The position numbers and the translations under genes were made by a program. The notes under the pieces are model-generated. The model saw only the letters and a list, made by a program, of their open reading frames with translations. It did no database searches and was not told where the DNA came from. From Podarcis bocagei (Eukaryota): DNA of 64,000 nt. Location of the stretch: assembly GCA_964188305.1 (NCBI GenBank), contig OZ076893.1, one strand, 5' to 3'. This document shows positions 40,420-52,859 of this stretch, one piece after another (position 1 is the first letter of the stretch; each line of letters starts with the position of its first letter).

Positions 40420-40710
40420 ATTAATTTTTATGGTGTGTATAAGTTACATTTGATTAGTTTTTTGCATGATTAAAATTTGCAAAGCTTTTATGGCCCCCGG
40501 GAGCCTACCTGTAATAAACAGCTCTCACCTTCGAAACCATAAAACAGGCTTGCAGTACTTGAACATTAGATCTAATTGCCTTGCTACATCAAAGGAAGTA
40601 CCAGAGGACTGAGAAAAATCACAGAAGGGAGGAGGGGTAGAGGGCAGTTTCACCTCCAAAGGTTATGTGTTTGTGGCTTGGTGGAGCCCTGTAAAGTTAT
40701 GGCCTAAAAA
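40420..40710. promoter_or_regulatory. Candidate intronic enhancer with clustered posterior Hox/Cdx motifs
   Basis: TTTTATGG 40426, TTTTATGGCC 40486, GTAATAAA 40511, CCATAAAA 40537 and GTTATGGCC 40696, in sequence with no recognisable repeats. Confidence 0.35.
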
Positions 40711-42316
40711 CTGCTGTTTGCGATTAAGTTGATGGAGGAAAGTCTACCCCACAATCTCTCCCTGCTGCTGACACAGAGTCTTTGTTCACATTTAGATTTC
40801 TCAAACTGTTGCCAGGGTCAGGCAGAGGTCAGACACCATGATGATGTATAGGAGAACATGTCTGGGAATTTCTCTCATACTTAAAACACATACCAGAAAA
40901 AGAGCACCCTGCAAAAATTGTCTGATGAGACCCAGATGATGATACTTTGGCTATTCTTTTAGTACCTTCATGATTTTCTCTTTGCCCATCTCCCTCTCTC
41001 TCTCTCTCCCTCTCTCTCTCTGTTTTATTAATGATTACCATGACAGCCTTTACAATTTTATGCCCCCTCAAGATAAGGACACTCAGTATCACTCTGACAC
41101 TTCATTTTCCTGCCCAAAGGGAACGGACTGGTAAATCTAGGAGGAGGAGAAAATAACGTCCATTCCAGAGCTCGAGTCAAAATGAAAGTGCCAGAGGCTG
41201 TATTAGCCCATAGGTTCTGACTAGATGCATGGTGTGAGTGTGTGTGCCTGTGTACTTGGCATTAGTACAACCCAATCTAGTCACGATCACAGGCTTACAG
41301 CATCCCAAACTGTGCTCCCCCATCACCCTTAACAAACATAGTCTTGCTTCCTACTGTGACCAGGGAGCCTACAGTGTTTGATTAGTAATACCACTGAGAG
41401 AGGGAAAGAAGAAGAAGAAAGCATGCTAAGGCAGTGAGAATTGTTTATTCCATTTGTGCTGGCCATTCTGCATCAATATTTTTTTTAAAAAAAATGAGGA
41501 TTGCCTCCGCCCTTTCAAATACAGTTGAATGAAGTAGTCATTGATATCTAATTTGCTAGCATTTCTTTGTATACACAAACAGAATCAATGCAAAACATTC
41601 AGATCCTTTTAAAATTAAATGTTGTAGTAAACATATTTTTTTTAAAAAATGAAATGTGTTTTTTTAAGAGTTCGGCATTGCTGATTCCAATTGTTTACCC
41701 GTCCATGCAGCTCCACTGCAGAGTTGGCAAGTAAGGCACTAAGTAGCAATTTTTCTGTGCTCAGCTGCTCCATATGACAGAGGATATTTCATTCTGCTGT
41801 CAGAATGTTATTAATAAAACATGGGGTGCGGAAGGGGCCACAATTTCCCCTTTCAATCACTATAGCATTTACAATGAAAATTTTATGCAGTGTGTAATTT
41901 TCAGTTAATGCTTGACACTTAAAATGTCGGTAGCTGCATTTTGTACGGTTCCTGAAGGGTTAATTGTATCATGTTCCCTGCGTAAAAGCTCTGCTTATCA
42001 AAAGTGAATAGAGGAGTGTATGCAAATGTATGTCTGTGACCTTTTGCCTTTCCAGGGTTAATTTATATGGTCATTAAAGATTTTATGAAATTGAGCAGCC
42101 TGGTGTTTTGAATCCCATTTTACCTTCCCCTCCTAATTTGTATAATTCCTACCTGAACTGCGAAATATGACTTTCTTTCTTTTTTTGTTTGTATTGCAAT
42201 GAAAACAGCATGCTGTGCTGTAGGGAGTTGCAAGTCTGGTTATCTGGTATTACTCAGATTTCTAAAATTCATTAAAATGTGACATCAGCACAGTCAGAGA
42301 CAAATGATCACAAGAT

Positions 42317-42448
42317 NNNNNNNNNNNNNNNNNNNNNNNNNNNNNNNNNNNNNNNNNNNNNNNNNNNNNNNNNNNNNNNNNNNNNNNNNNNNNNNNNNNN
42401 NNNNNNNNNNNNNNNNNNNNNNNNNNNNNNNNNNNNNNNNNNNNNNNN
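42317..42448. other. N block, 132 bp
   Basis: Counted directly. Confidence 0.97.
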
Positions 42449-43033
42449 TGTGAAGATTTTCATGTAATCTAGCTGGTGTGAACATGTAAGTGAGGTGTGG
42501 GTATTGCTGCTTCCTTAGAAGCAATATACCAAGTTGTGTCATTTACCTTGAATAGCTCCTCCTGGAGATGAAAACTGAGAGTTCTCAATGTTTAGATTCA
42601 ACACAGCACTTACGTATTGCAATTAGCAGGATGTACAGATTCTAATAGGATTTATTTTATTTTTGAAAGCTTTTCTTTGCTTTCAGATATATTGCTGCAT
42701 GTGCCTTCTTTGTTCAGACCCGACTTGTGTTTACGTTTATTGAGACAAATCACTTACAGCCAGTGAATGGCAAATATGAAATATCTGATTTGTCACACTT
42801 GCTAGCGCTGTGTGTTCTGATAAAGAAATGTTTGCAATTTCTGGACTGAATCTGAAATTTTGCAAATGATTAATCATTAATACCGGATCTCTTTTAAGGT
42901 GCTATTCTTTTCACTTATTCCTTTCTGAGAAAAATATATAAATTTAGTGCAGTTCTAATTAAAGAACATGTTTACAATTAATGTTGAATGGTCCCTAAGT
43001 TAGCTTCTTTTAATTTTTTGTGCTCATTCGCAG

Positions 43034-43156
43034 AAGAACAAGTTGAAGATGCAGAAGGGTCTGCTAAAAGCTCATCAGTGTCTGTTGCTGATGATAAAGA
43101 CACGTGTGAGAAAGAGAGAAATAATAGTGAAGTCAAAAAAGCTAGTAAAGACTCTG
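43034..43156 (+). CDS. ZFHX4: ZFHX4 internal coding exon (EEQVEDAEGSAK...KASKDS-G), 123 bp, phase 1-1
   Basis: Pyrimidine-rich acceptor ...cattcgcag| and donor G|gtaaga. The peptide resembles the ZFHX4 segment EEQSEEAEGAIK...KDSG as recalled, and it joins the next exon in frame. Confidence 0.9.
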
Positions 43157-43242
43157 GTAAGATGCTAGAATTTTGTCACTCTTTAAAAAATCTTATTAAA
43201 TAGTCTTTCATTTAAAACCGTCTGGACATTCCTGTTATTATC

Positions 43243-43486
43243 NNNNNNNNNNNNNNNNNNNNNNNNNNNNNNNNNNNNNNNNNNNNNNNNNNNNNNNNNN
43301 NNNNNNNNNNNNNNNNNNNNNNNNNNNNNNNNNNNNNNNNNNNNNNNNNNNNNNNNNNNNNNNNNNNNNNNNNNNNNNNNNNNNNNNNNNNNNNNNNNNN
43401 NNNNNNNNNNNNNNNNNNNNNNNNNNNNNNNNNNNNNNNNNNNNNNNNNNNNNNNNNNNNNNNNNNNNNNNNNNNNNNNNNNNNNN
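43243..43486. other. N block, 244 bp
   Basis: Counted directly. Confidence 0.97.
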
Positions 43487-46400
43487 CACTTGAAAATTTC
43501 CCCTGCTTTCAAATTTTGTTTGCCTTGCAGCCCTAAGAATGTAGGAAAGCTTCTTCTCCCACCCCAGCTCCTGTTCTTGATATATGATCGCTTAGATTCA
43601 GGAATCTTCCTTCTTCCTGGGCATTTATCTAGTATTTAATTGGGGGGAGGGGGAATACAGAAAATCCAGTGAAAAAGTTTGCAGATGATTCAGCCTAAGA
43701 AAGAGGAAATATCATTGAAAACGGATTATGAGTTGGGTAATATTGATCTCTGGGAATATACAAAGCCCAGTAATGAAAGCTACTGTCTTTGAAAACAAAA
43801 CTCTTATGTCATGACATTTACTTGTGCACAAACAAACCCAAGGCCAGCCTCTGGCATGGATACACAAGGCTTTTTCTGTGTTTGATTTGGCAAATATGTG
43901 ACTTCATCCATGCTTTTTATGTATGAGATGGAAATCTATGGTCACAATGAATATTACATTGGCTACTTCTGCTGCACGCTATTCCTAGTTACATTATGCT
44001 GGATTCATTGAAGCAGAAGAAGTGCTGAAACAGGTTGAAGCCTATTAGTTTCAGGTAGTCATATATCTTTCCCTTGTATTCCAATGACAGCAGCATATAA
44101 AAGTGCTTGTATTCACTATAAAGATGTTTAGTTATACAGAAAATACCATTTTACATGCAAGTTTAGTAAAAACTGAATTGGCCGATATTTCTTAAGGTAC
44201 TCCTAAAATATTGTTTAAAACATAGTGAAGATACTGATGGGTCTTTATGCCATATTTGCTTAAGGAATAAATCTCATCTTGCATTTGGTTTTCAAAATGT
44301 TATGGCCAGTCTCTATTACCATTGAGAAACCTACACTGCACTGAGTTTATTTAGCTTTTGAAATCCAGGGAATGAAGAAGACCTGTCTATAGTGACTCCA
44401 TGTTTGTAGGCTTCTTTTTAAGTATTCTTATCCCTTTCTTGAAATACATTCTCTGAGAGAGGTAATGGACAGAAGAACTTTCTGCTCAGGCTCATTACTA
44501 AGTCCACACAGAAGAGTCATGGAAAAAAAATAGGCAAAACCACTTGTGAAACATTTTCCATGTGCTTCATCAAAAAAGCATTGTAATATCTTTCAGAGAT
44601 CTTATGCACCTAGTTTATCTACTGGAAAGACCTCAGAACTTAGAATAAGCCATGATGTTAATGGGCTAATAGGCAAAAATGGTGGTTGTCAGTAGAAAGA
44701 GTATGGGGAAATTTCTAAGATTCCATGAGAATTATACTTTTGGATGGACCAGGTTTAATTTGGACCAACCAATGCTGGAGTGTTTGCTGAAGAATGGCAA
44801 CCCAAAAACTGTGTAAGATAGTTTTAGCTTGAAAATCGTTTGTATTTCAAATTCTCAATCTCACCTTTTGAATTCTTTGATAGACCTCTCTAAACTAATT
44901 CTGCATTATCAGGCATTCATTCAAAAGGCTTAATTCTCAGCACAGCTAACTACTATGCATAATGACCACATAACTGCTTATGTATAATTGAATGTTAATT
45001 TAGGCTTTCTTCTCCTGAATTAAGTGTTGAAAATCTTGCCAAAGAAGTCCCAGGAAAACCAATATGTTAATCACAGCTTTAACAAGTTAGACAGAAAAAT
45101 ACTATCACCACTCTTTAGCATCAAATCTATTAGAAAAGGAAGGATTAACATGTTTAGTGCCCAAACAGTTCTGTAAACTGTTGTTCTGCCTTGCCTTCCT
45201 TATCTCAAACTGAGGCTTTCAAACAGAGACTTGGCAATAATCAAGCTATGTTTGCTGAATATTCATTCAGAAGGCAAGAGCCTCCTAATGCCTCATTTAT
45301 ATTGTCATTTAAATCTAGTGCCACTTTAGATTAATTATAATCCAAATTACATCTCAACGTAGTGTAAGAATTAATACGGAATTTACCCAGATTAATACAT
45401 TTGCATTGAAAATGTAATATGTTTCTGACATGGCTAAGGGGAACACTGTTTAACAAAGTAGTAAACACAAGAAGCAATGGAAATTCACCTTCATTATTGT
45501 AATAAAAGTTATCATTTAATTCTACTCTAATTAGAAATACTACTAGTGCTACAGGAAGGAATTTTTTTATTTAGAAATACTACTGTACTAGCTTTTATAA
45601 TTTTAGAATTATTTTGGATTTGACTAATATGTCAGAAGTTCTAAATTATACATTTTAAATCAAATTCAGTATAAATAATGAACCAGCATGCTTATAGGGT
45701 TTTTTAGTACTTTTTTATTTGTGCACACAATGTACTGAATTTCCACACTTATTAACATAACCTTTTTCATAGCTTTTTTTTTAAAAAAATGTTGTGAATC
45801 CCTACATCTGACTATTCTACTTTTACAGTGCTCCCTCATACACGTTTACTCATAAAACCCACTGTATTAAGTAGAACTTGCTGTTTGCTAGGCATGCATA
45901 AGACTGCAGCCTTAAATGCTTATTTTTAATTCAGTGCTGCTTTGGACTTAAATGGATCACTTTTCTGTTTCAGTACTTGTGCAAAAATGTAGAAAAGTTT
46001 GATAATTAGTCGTATTAGACATAGGATGAGAAATAATTTGTCACAGAAAAATAGGTAACAGGGATGATCTTACACAAGCATTGTGTTCCATATGAGGCCT
46101 ACTTCATATATTAAACCCTCATGTGAGCATCGACCAGGCAGTGCAGCATATTCTGGTCACCTCATGAATCAATCAATGACATGGAATTTGCTCATCCCAG
46201 TGCTGCACAGTTTTGGTAACAGCCGATGTTCATGTGACACATTCTTCACTACGGGACTAAACCAAAATGGCAGCATTCTCACATGAAACTAAACCAAATC
46301 TCTTGGCTCAGTGTCAAACAACTTGCACCTGTGGATAGCCCCTTTCCAGAGACTTTTCTTCACCTTTCACATGTGGCAAAATTAACCAGGATTCAGGAAT

Positions 46401-47903
46401 TAACCATACATTTCCATAATGTGTGAACCCTTACCCTTACCCTGGCTTAAAAAAAATAAATCCAAATTGTTAAGACAGCTTTAAACCATATCCTGGCTTG
46501 TTTTGAAGCCTTAATCCTGGTTTCTTTTCTCACATATTCGATGGGTGGGGCAAAATGGCAGGAAAGGAAATGCAAGCAAGTGCACATCATTTGTGCATAT
46601 GGTGGCTTTCTGAGCCAGAATTTTTGACTTAAACATAAATGGGGCATAGTCACATTAAGCCGAATACTAGCATTTATGCCCCACAATGTTAATTAAACAT
46701 GATAACATGGAGGCATTTTGCGTAGCTTCCACATGTGGAATATAAAGCAGACATAAGTGTTTGATACACAGTAATTTAGATTTATGTTGTCTTATCAACT
46801 GTCTTTAAGATGCAGAGGTGATATACATGTAGAAAACCCTTATTTACACTTTTCCAAATCTCCTTATTAAATAATGCATTGTCAGTTCAATGAATAGTAC
46901 AAGTGTCACATAAATCAGACCATACCCCTTTAAACTGCTGCTGTTTTGGCAGCTAGTTGTGCAAAGGTTTAACTTTGGCTCACTCCCTTCACAGGAAACT
47001 TGTTAAAATACCAAATTCACCACACAGAGAACATACTAGACCTAGTCTGTGTACTGCATTGGTTCTAATGGATATAGATTAAGAGGCAGAGCAGTCCAGT
47101 GACCCCAGCTAAAATACAGTTAATTTGTTCTCTGTTTTATATTTTTGTTTGGATATGAAGTGTTGCTAATATTATGCATCTAACTTCTAACATTTAAGAA
47201 ATGAAAAGGTAACAGCTATTTTTTTCTAGCTGGAAGTACTTGCTCCTGCCACTCTTTCCAGACACAGATGCCCCTGTCTCTTGCTCCATGATAAAAAAAA
47301 ATAGAGAGCTAGCACTTTCAATCAGGTATAGAAATATTTGTTATTTATCTAGGGGATTTCCTCCCCACCCCCTTTCTAATTTTAACAGGGGCTTAATGGA
47401 AGACAGGGCTTACCTGCCTTTAGTTCTGGAAATTTAATTTGCAGAGCTCAAACCTCAGACATTTGAAATAATAATTTTGAAATGGTTTTCCTGCATCACT
47501 GAATAGTCATAACAAATCTGGAATGTGGGCAAAAAGTTTCCATGGCTGAGTGTATCATATTCATAGCACAGGTACTGGTACCTCTCATATGAGAACGTAC
47601 TGATCTAAATTTATCTTGGTAAGGTGCTGAAACCTTGAAAGAACAGTAGTGTGTTCTTGTGCAGTACTGTGCTAGAAAAGCTTATCTTGTTTTTCTTAGA
47701 TTTAATTCTTATACTTAAGTAATTTTTATTACCAATACACATGTCAAAAATGGAACTGAAGATTTGTTTCCTGATGCATGTATTATGGCCATCAACTATG
47801 GGAATCATCCTGTAGAAGTAAACACTTATCAATTTAGCTATATAGAAGGAAACAAACTGTGGTTAAACAATAGTATGAATGAATATCAGTTCTAAAAGTA
47901 GTA

Positions 47904-48920
47904 CAGTGGTACCTTGGTTTACAACCATAATCCATTCCGGAGGTCCATTTGTTAACCAAAACAGGTTGTAACCCAAGGCGCGCTTTCGCCAATGGGGCCT
48001 CCCAAAAAGAATTGTTCTTAATCCCAAAGAAATGGGTTGTAATCCAAAAAAAGGTTGCAAACTGGGGCACACACTTCTGGGTTGGACATGTTTAACTTTA
48101 ACAGGGAGAAATGTAAAGTATTGCACTTGGGCAAAAAAAATTAGAGGCACAAATACAAGATGGGTGACACCTGGCTTGAGAGCAGTACATGTGAAAAGGA
48201 TCTAGGAGTCTTGGTTGACCATAAACTTGACATGAGCCAACAGTGTGACGCGGCAGCTAAAAAAGCCAATGCAATTCTGGGCTGCATCAATAGGAGTATA
48301 GCATCTAGATCAAGGGAAGTAATAGTGCCACTGTATTATGTTCTGGTCAGACCTCACCTGGAGTACTGTGTCCAGTTCTGGGCACCACAATTCAAGAAGG
48401 ACACTGACAAACTGGAACGTGTCCAGAGGAGGGCAACCAAAATGGTCAAAGGCCTGGAAACGATGCCTTATGAGGAACGGCTAAGGGAGCTGGGCATGTT
48501 TAGCCTGGAGAAGAGGAGGTTAAGGGGTGATATGATAGCCATGTTCAAATATATAAAAGGATGTCATATAGAGGAGAGGGAAAGGTTGTTTTCTGCTGCT
48601 CCAGAGAAGTGGACACGGAGCAATGGATCCAAACTACAAGAAAGAAGATTCCACCTAAACATTAGGAAGAACTTCCTGACAGTAAGAGCTGTTCGACAGT
48701 GGAATTTGCTGCCAAGGAGTGTGGTGGAGTCTCCTACTTTGGAGGTCTTTAAGCGGAGGCTTGACAACCATATGTCAGGAGTGCTCTGATGGTGTTTCCT
48801 GCTTGGCAGGGGATTGGACTCGATGGCCTTTGTGGTCTATTCCAACTCTGATTCTATGATTCTATGTTTGTAATCCAAAACGTATGCAAACCAAGACATA
48901 TGCAAACCAAGGTACTACTG
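47904..48920. mobile_element. Tigger/pogo-like MITE (~240 bp) split by a CR1 insertion
   Basis: TA|CAGTGGTACCTTGGTTTACA ... TGCAAACCAAGGTACTACTG|TA, with an 18/20 TIR match. The halves are 47904-48093 and 48870-48920. Confidence 0.9.
48094..48863 (+). mobile_element. Young 5'-truncated CR1 LINE (RT C-terminus, 3' UTR and (ATTCTATG)n tail)
   Basis: ORF 48160-48789 (EKDLGVLVD...[13 protein letters not shown]...RRLRGDMI) has only one upstream in-frame TAG, at 48142. ATGTTT is duplicated at 48088-48093 and 48864-48869. Confidence 0.95.
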
Positions 48921-48984
48921 TACTGTATTGGATATCCCAATGTGGTAGAGGTAGCGGGTCTATGCTTTGGTATACTGTATTTGT

Positions 48985-50110
48985 GATCCCAGAAAAACAG
49001 GTGAAAAGTATTGTGAAGGATAAGATAACAAACAGAATAACAAGTCTTGCTGAAGCAGAAACAGCCTGGCTTCTGCAAGGGCAAGTCATGTCTCACAAAC
49101 CTATTAGCTTTTTAATAATGTCAACAAGCATATAGATAGAAGTGATCCAGTTAACATAGTATACTTGGACTTTCAAAAAGCTTTTCACAAGGTAGAAAGT
49201 AGAGTCCCCCCAAGGATTGATAGTGGGACCTGTGCTTTTTAATGTGTTCACAAACAATTTAGAGTTAGCAGTGAGCAGTGAGGTGACCAGGTTTTCTGAT
49301 GATACCATTGTTCTGGGTCATTAAAACAATAAGTGATTTTGAAGAGTTCTAAAAGGATCTCTCCAAACTTCTTGAATGGGCAATAGAATGGCAGGTGCAA
49401 TTCAATGTAACAAGTATAAAGTGATGTATGTTGGGGCAAAATGCACTAATTTCACTTGTATGCTTCTGGAAGCTGAACTGGAGGTGACTGGCCTAGAATG
49501 AAATATTGGAGCCATAACAGAAGGCTCAATGAAGATGTCAACTCAGTGTGTGGCAGTTGTGAAAAAGGCAAATTCCATGCTAGGAATCATTGAGAAATAA
49601 ATTGAAAATAAAACTGTCAATATAGTGCCATTATACTGTGTACAGTTCTGGTTGTCTCACTTTAAAAAGAATATTGTAGAGTTGTTAAAGTTTGTGAAAT
49701 TATGCATTGAGAAAGTGGATAGAGGAATTATCTTCTTTCTCTCTCGTAACAATAGAACTTGTAGACATCCAATGAAGCTGAATATTGGAAGATTCATAAC
49801 ATAAAAGGTAGTACTACTTCATGCAGCACATAGCTAAACTATGGATCTTGCTCCCACAGGAGGCCGTGATGGCCACCAACTTGGATGGCTTTAAAAGAGG
49901 ATTGGATAATTTCATGAGCTACAAGGCTATTAATTGCTATTAACCATGATGTTTATGCTGTGTCTCCACAGTTGGAGGCGGTAATGTTGCTGAATACAAG
50001 TTGCCGTAAACCACAGGTTTCATAAAAGCATTTGGTTGGCCACTGTGATAACAGGACAGTGCACTAGATGAGCCATTGGTCTGATTCAGCAGGCCCTTCT
50101 TATGTCCTTA
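48985..50110 (+). mobile_element. Old degenerate CR1 LINE (RT core to 3' UTR)
   Basis: Broken motifs GFCKGKSCLTNLL, IVYLDFQKAF, PQG..GPVLFNVF, F(S)DDT and KKANSMLGII; the tail reads ...gcccttcttatgtcctta. Confidence 0.85.
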
Positions 50111-51316
50111 GCAATACTGATGTAGATGTGGTGGTCATGGTGTTTCTGTTGGGGTATATGTACTGTATAGGTTTTCAGAATTTACAGGACAATGGGAAGT
50201 TAGAACACAGTATTCACATGATAACTAAGCATTTCATTTCCAAAAATATCTGCATTTTAATGCCTTATCAAATCGAGATTCAAAAATTCAAAAACATTTA
50301 AACACGACGTCAAATCAAAGCAGCAACATCAATCAAGCTTCCTACAAATATGAACACCTAAGGTATAGGAATTGTTCATAGTACTGATAATCTTGTGTCA
50401 TGTGGTGGTTCAAGGGCATTGACACATTGAGTTTGCCAAATGTGTCTGTTTTGCAAATACAAATGATTTTGAGAATCCAGCAGGAAGTTTTTTTGTTCAG
50501 ATTGGCATGAAAGGAGAGTCTAGTAGTGAAAAATTTCCAAAAGTACTTATCTTTCAATATTATATCAATTATCAGAACTGACTCTCAGTTGGTATAAATC
50601 ATAGATTTGATTAACACTATAGCTCTTGTTTTAGGGGGTACATTGACATTGACATGTCAACTCTGAGACATTTCTGAAAGAGTTTTTTGTGCATATTTTT
50701 CCTGCTTCCTCAAAGGCATTTTGACATCAAACCAGATTTTCAGGCAAAATTCTCTGGAAAAAAAATGTATAATGTGATATGCAGAAATTCAATGATGGCA
50801 CTCTCTGACCCATATAGATCGCAACAATACATTTTATAATGTATTTTGTGTGTTTTTATCTTGTAAGTTTGTATTGTGAGCCGCCCTGAGATCTACAAAT
50901 GGCGGGCAGTATACTAATTTAATAATAAACACCACAATATCAACAACATGGCTGCTGTCACAGTCCTGGAATGCATCTCTTCAGTGTTGTGCAGCAGACC
51001 TATTTCATGTGGTTAGAAGTCTTTCTTATCATGGCCAGCAAGAATAGCTCTTGGGAGCTATTTGCCAACTATTGCACAAATAAAATCACTTTCATGGTTT
51101 CTGACTTAGACACCACTTAGAATCAGAGATGGTTTTAACTTGAGGTCCATCTGGTAATTAAAACTTGTTCATCCAGAGGTTGTGGACTAGGTTATTTGCA
51201 GAACTAAGGCCAACCACTAAATATGTTAATGGCTCTCTGATTGAGGCTGCTTGCAGCCTTAAAAGATGCAGTGTTTCAGATCATTTGGGGGTGAGTTGTG
51301 GGGGTTTAGGGAAATA

Positions 51317-51800
51317 CCGTATTTTTCGCCCCATAGGGCGCACCGCCCCATAGGACACACCTAGTTTTTTGTGGGGGAAAATAAAGGAAAAAAATCCCCC
51401 AATCCCAGCCCCGAGAACAGCCTGCTATCTGCAAGCCTAGGGAGGCCAGCGGCAAGTCGCGCCGGTCTCCCCAGGCTTCGGAATGCAGGCAGCTCTGCGC
51501 AGCCATCGGGAGGCGGGTGCGACTTCGCGCCCGGCTCTGGATGGCTGCGCAGAGCTGCGCTCACCCCGGGACTGCAGGCAGCTCTGCGCAGCCATCGGGA
51601 GGTGGGCGCGAAGTGGCGCCGGTCTCCCAAGGGCTGCACAGAGCTTCCTGAAGCCTGGAGAGCGAGAGGGGTTGGTGCGCACCGACCCCTGTCGCTCACC
51701 AGGCTTCAGCGAAAGCCTGCATTCGCCCCACAGGACGCACACACATTTCCCCTTCATTTTTGGAGGGGGGAAAGTGCGTCCTATAGGGCGAAAAATACGG
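51317..51800. mobile_element. CpG-rich Tc1/mariner MITE with CCGTATTT TIRs (Tc2-like)
   Basis: TA|CCGTATTTTTCGCCCCATAGGGCGCAC ... GTGCGTCCTATAGGGCGAAAAATACGG|TA, with a 25/27 TIR match. Confidence 0.92.
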
Positions 51801-52520
51801 TAAATTTATATCTGAACAATCCTAACATCTCACATCCAGTATCAAACCTACCATTTTGGGTAAAAGTTTGAAGTATGTGGTGACATCTCTGGTCCAGGCT
51901 GATAGTAAGATCCTTTCCAATCAGGCTTTGGAACAGAAACTGCCTTGATTGCTCTTGGTGTTTGTCCTTGGCTGGAGTTTGTACTTGGATGGAGGACTGG
52001 TTTATGTGGGGTGTGATGGTTGAATTTTCTGGAAGTGGTTCTGCTTATTCCCAAGAGGGACTCAATGTGGTGCTGGAAGACTGCTATTTTACCCCATGGA
52101 ACAGCGTTCCAGCTTCTTTCCCATGCTTTTTAACATCTGCACAAAACCCCTGAGATAGGTCAACTGGAGGTATAGGTTGAAGTGTCATCACTAGTCTGCT
52201 TGTTTTCATTTTCTAATCCCAGGGAGGAAGTGTTGCTAACAAACCAGTGTGTGAAGTTGGTTCAGGAGATACTAGGTAGACAAACAGAAACATATTCAGA
52301 ATAATACAGAATTAAGTGGGCTAAATTCCTGGTATAAGTGCTCCCTTGAAGTAATGGTTGTGCAACCTGGGGTACTTTTTAGTCGGGCACTATGAGTGTA
52401 TTTTACTAACTTCAGCTAATTCATCACCAGCCTTTCCTGGAGAAGGTAGATCTGGCTTGTTGCTTCCATACAGAGTTAATATGCTCTCTATGGGCTGCCT
52501 TCAAACACAGTCTGGAAAAT

Positions 52521-52668
52521 AAAAAAATTCCTTCCTGTAGCACTTTAAAGACCAACTAAGTTAGTTCTTGGTATAAGCTTTCGTGTGCATGCACACTTCT
52601 TCAGATACCTGAAGAATACCCGAAGATACTTATTTTGACTATGGCAGACCAACACGGCTACCTATCTG
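52521..52668. mobile_element. Penelope-like (PLE) terminal-repeat remnant with an inverted segment, inserted in an L2
   Basis: Contains gtagcactttaaagaccaactaag...agctttcgtg...cttcttcagatac plus the inverted ...cagaccaacacggctacc. It is flanked by AGTCTGGAAAAT (52509-52520) and AGTCTTGAAAAT (52669-52680). Confidence 0.75.
52571..52608 (-). ncRNA. Minimal (Penelope-type) hammerhead ribozyme motif
   Basis: The minus strand reads GUAU-CUGAAGA-A-GUGUG(CAUG)CACAC-GAAA-GC-UU-AUAC. This gives stem I GUAU/AUAC, the CUGANGA and GAAA core, stem II, and a palindromic AGCU in place of stem III. Confidence 0.7.
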
Positions 52669-52859
52669 AGTCTTGAAAATTCAGTTGATGTTGCCAGGCT
52701 GTTGTATGGCACTAAAAGATCAGAGTGTATAGATCGATCTTCATCTGTATTGGATGCCCATTTGTTTCTGAGATTGATGTTTAAGTGCTTGTATTGACTA
52801 GTATCGAATTAAATGGCTTATAACCGCATTGCCACAGAAAGTGTCTGCTATCATACAAA

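Larger units (their letters stand above)
52455..52825 (+). mobile_element. Degenerate L2 LINE RT fragment, interrupted by the Penelope remnant
   Basis: Decayed remnants of the L2 RT motifs (ALYxGLP..KTVxKLQL..ARLL..LHWLP..FKVL) lie on both sides of the insert. Confidence 0.55.

Noticed and set aside
48160-48789. 209-aa ORF as a host gene
   Set aside because: It is the C-terminus of CR1 ORF2, 5'-truncated and followed by the CR1 tail.
51306-51871. Five overlapping GC-rich ORFs
   Set aside because: They arise from stop-poor MITE interior sequence and show no transposase motifs.
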